Source: an uncultured bacterium
GTDB lineage: Bacteria; Bacillota; Clostridia; Oscillospirales; Oscillospiraceae
NCBI GenBank assembly: GCA_905215475.1
Contig: CAJMPW010000001.1
Coordinates: 111,109 to 175,108, forward strand
Reading direction: 5' to 3'
DNA: 64,000 bases
Part shown: piece by piece, positions 61,901 through 64,000 of the stretch
Position numbering within the stretch: position 1 is the first letter of the stretch
Layout: every line of letters begins with the position of its first letter
Position numbers and translations under genes: made by a program
The notes under the pieces: generated by a model
What the model was told of the DNA's origin: nothing
Seen by the model: only the letters and a program-made list of their open reading frames with translations
The model's database searches: none

Positions 61901-63088
61901 ATGAACATCACCGTAGCCGGTGTGGGCTATGTCGGTCTGGCGCAGGCGGTGCTGCTCGCGCAGCACAATGCCGTCACCGCCGTGACCACGACCCCCGCCA
62001 AAGCCGAAAACATCAACCGCGGCGTCTCGCCGATCGCCGACGCCGAGATCACGGACTTTCTGCGCACACGGCCGCTCACGCTCACGGCCACCGTGGACGC
62101 CGAGCGGGCCTACCGCACGGCGGACGTGGTCATCATCGCCACGCCGACGGACTATGACCCCGAGCGGCAGATCTTCAATACCTCGACCGTCGAGGCGGTG
62201 CTCTCGCTCGTGGGCAGGGTCAATCCCGGCGCGCTCGTGGTCATCAAATCCACGGTGCCGGTCGGCTATACGGAGCGGATCGTGGAGGCGTTCGGCTGCA
62301 AGCGGCTGTTGTTCTCGCCGGAATTTCTGCGCGAGGGCAGGGCGCTGTATGACAACCTGCATCCGAGCCGCATCGTGGTCGGCCGTCCGCGCGGCGGCAC
62401 GGCGACGGAGGCGGATGCGCGCCTGTTTGCGGCCCTGCTGCAGCAGGGCACGGCAGAGACGGACATCCCGACGCTGTACCCGAACGCGACGGAGGCCGAG
62501 GCCATCAAGCTCTTTGCCAACACGTATCTCGCCGTGCGCGTGAGCTATTTCAACGAGCTCGATACCTACTGCGAGCTCAAGGGACTCGACACGCGCCAGG
62601 TCATCGACGGCGTGTGCCTCGACCCGCGCATCGGCGCACACTACAACAATCCGTCGTTCGGCTACGGCGGTTACTGCCTGCCGAAGGACACGCGGCAGCT
62701 GGTGGCAAACTTCGGCGACATTCCGAACCGGATCATCAGCGCCGCCGTCACGGCCAACGACGAGCGCAAGGATCACATTGCCCGTCAGATCCTGCGCAAG
62801 GCGGCGGGCGGCGTCGTCGGCGTGTACCGCCTGACGATGAAGGCCGACTCGGACAACTTCCGCGAGTCGAGCATCCGCGGCGTTATCGAGCGGCTGCGCC
62901 GCGCGGGCGCAAGCGTCGTGATCTATGAGCCGACGCTCGAGGCGGCCTCCTTCGCCGGTCTGCCGGTGATCGCGTCGCTGGCCGAATTCAAGCGCATGGC
63001 GGCCGTTATTGTTGCCAACCGCGCCGAGCCCGCGCTCGACGACGTGCCGGAGAAGGTATACACCCGCGACCTGTACCGCAGAGACTGA
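61901..63088 (+). CDS. ugd: UDP-glucose 6-dehydrogenase (UDP-glucose/GDP-mannose dehydrogenase family)
   Basis: NAD-binding VAGVGYVGL; catalytic GGYCLPKD; GGAGGA RBS 5 nt upstream of the ATG at 61901. Confidence 0.85.
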   Translation: MNITVAGVGYVGLAQAVLLAQHNAVTAVTTTPAKAENINRGVSPIADAEITDFLRTRPLTLTATVDAERAYRTADVVIIATPTDYDPERQIFNTSTVEAVLSLVGRVNPGALVVIKSTVPVGYTERIVEAFGCKRLLFSPEFLREGRALYDNLHPSRIVVGRPRGGTATEADARLFAALLQQGTAETDIPTLYPNATEAEAIKLFANTYLAVRVSYFNELDTYCELKGLDTRQVIDGVCLDPRIGAHYNNPSFGYGGYCLPKDTRQLVANFGDIPNRIISAAVTANDERKDHIARQILRKAAGGVVGVYRLTMKADSDNFRESSIRGVIERLRRAGASVVIYEPTLEAASFAGLPVIASLAEFKRMAAVIVANRAEPALDDVPEKVYTRDLYRRD

Positions 63089-63105
63089 AAAGGGAGGCAC
63101 AGACG

Positions 63106-64000
63106 ATGAAAGGCATCATCCTCGCCGGGGGCTCCGGCACACGGCTGTACCCGCTCACGCGGGTCACGTCCAAGCAGCTGCTGCCGGTGTACGACAAGCC
63201 CATGATCTACTACCCGCTCTCGACGCTCATGCTCGCGGGCATCCGCGACATCCTCATCATCTCCACGCCGGAGGACACGCCGCGCTTTGAACGTCTGCTC
63301 GGCGACGGCAGCCAGTTCGGCATCCGGCTGTCCTACGCGGTGCAGCCGCATCCGGACGGTCTGGCGCAGGCGTTTCTGATCGGAGAGGATTTCATCGGCG
63401 ATGACACGTGCGCCATGATCCTCGGCGACAATATTTTCTACGGAAACCGCTTTCGCAGCAATCTGCGCGAGGCGGTCAAGGATGCCGAGGCGGGCTGTGC
63501 CACGATCTTCGGCTACCATGTCAAGGACCCCGAGCGCTTCGGCGTTGTGGAGTTCGACCAGAACAAGCGCGTGCTGTCCGTCGAGGAAAAGCCGGAGCAT
63601 CCGCGCTCGAATTACTGCGTCACGGGGCTGTATTTTTACGACAACCGCGTCGTGGAAAAGGCACGGCAGGTGCGACCCTCCGCGCGCGGTGAGCTGGAGA
63701 TCACAGATCTCAACCGGCTCTATCTCGAGGACGACCGTCTGAAGGTGCAGCTGCTCGGCCGCGGCTTTGCGTGGCTCGACACCGGCACGGTCGAGAGTCT
63801 CATGGACGCGGCGGTCTTTGTCCAGACGGTGCAAAACCGGCAGGATGTCATCATTTCCGCGCCGGAAGAGGTGGCCTATCACATGGGCTGGCTCACGAAG
63901 GCGCAGCTGCTGGCTGCCGCTGCGCAGTATCACAACGCGCCCTACGGCGCGCATCTGCGCGCGGTCGCGGAGGACAAGCTGGTGTTTGAGAGGGAACTGC
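63106..64000 (+). CDS. rfbA: Glucose-1-phosphate thymidylyltransferase, 3'-partial (runs off the window end)
   Basis: [39 protein letters not shown]...; AGGGAGG RBS. No stop codon before nt 64000. Confidence 0.85.
   Translation, partial: MKGIILAGGSGTRLYPLTRVTSKQLLPVYDKPMIYYPLSTLMLAGIRDILIISTPEDTPRFERLLGDGSQFGIRLSYAVQPHPDGLAQAFLIGEDFIGDDTCAMILGDNIFYGNRFRSNLREAVKDAEAGCATIFGYHVKDPERFGVVEFDQNKRVLSVEEKPEHPRSNYCVTGLYFYDNRVVEKARQVRPSARGELEITDLNRLYLEDDRLKVQLLGRGFAWLDTGTVESLMDAAVFVQTVQNRQDVIISAPEEVAYHMGWLTKAQLLAAAAQYHNAPYGAHLRAVAEDKLVFEREL

Noticed and set aside
47483-63100. Further antisense ORFs in the second half (for example 47483..49570 -, 52642..53919 -, 53562..55415 -, 55441..57480 -, 57431..59086 -, 60261..61823 -, 61820..63100 -)
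   Set aside because: Each is the reverse complement of a gene with strong functional motifs (U32, PBP2, hisS, aspS, comM, cinA, ugd). None is supported as coding.
1-64000. Mobile elements, prophage, CRISPR arrays, defence islands, toxin-antitoxin pairs
   Set aside because: No transposase or integrase genes, no CRISPR-like direct repeats with spacers, and no defence-associated domain combinations were seen. The gene content is contiguous housekeeping.

Overview
This 64-kb window is high-GC and reads as a chromosomal, mostly housekeeping stretch from a spore-forming, S-layer-bearing Clostridia-type Firmicute. Supporting markers are a SleB-like cortex hydrolase, an SLH-domain amidase, DnaD/DnaI-type helicase loaders and rsmG. 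Gene density is high and almost every long ORF can be assigned from conserved motifs.

Genes called, in order:
- **Cell wall and surface:** sleB-like (5'-partial), rsmG, low-specificity threonine aldolase, a DUF1292 protein, a small secreted protein, class-A PBP, a 96-aa protein plus a 5xSH3b-NlpC/P60 endopeptidase, and a zinc-ribbon/YARHG membrane protein.
- **Metabolism and regulation:** metK with a SAM-I riboswitch, ppk1, an orphan hypB, LysR, putP, and MarR with a heterodimeric ABC exporter.
- **Central carbon and glycogen:** an SseB-like protein with pyk, prs, pth, then glgC-glgD-glgP followed by a PfkB kinase.
- **Iron, translation, queuosine:** feoB without feoA, a small CxC protein, a transglutaminase-like protein, prfB without the programmed frameshift, dCMP deaminase, and queH-queT-malQ.
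- **Envelope and replication:** an SGNH hydrolase, a nucleotidyltransferase, an amidase with three SLH domains, mrp/apbC, and a DUF2804-dnaI-dnaD operon.
- **Cell shape operon and tail:** U32 peptidase-maf-mreC-mreD-mrdA-mgsA-hisS-aspS, then comM/yifB, a DUF4190 protein, thiI, cinA, ugd and rfbA (3'-partial).

No prophage, CRISPR array, IS element or recognisable defence island was seen.

The most unusual thing I can see is a ~370-bp AT-rich intergenic island (20995-21360) between the convergent ABC exporter and pyk genes. It carries ten direct copies of a TTATGNNAAC motif, arranged partly as tandem pairs 13-14 bp apart.

Secondary oddities:
- structured non-coding regions around ltaE/DUF1292 and around rsmG;
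- a feoB leader with paired hairpins and a 13-bp palindrome;
- a possible preQ1-type leader before queT;
- hisS-aspS embedded in the mre operon without a T-box;
- an orphan hypB.

The many long antisense ORFs in the six-frame track are GC-driven shadows and were rejected.
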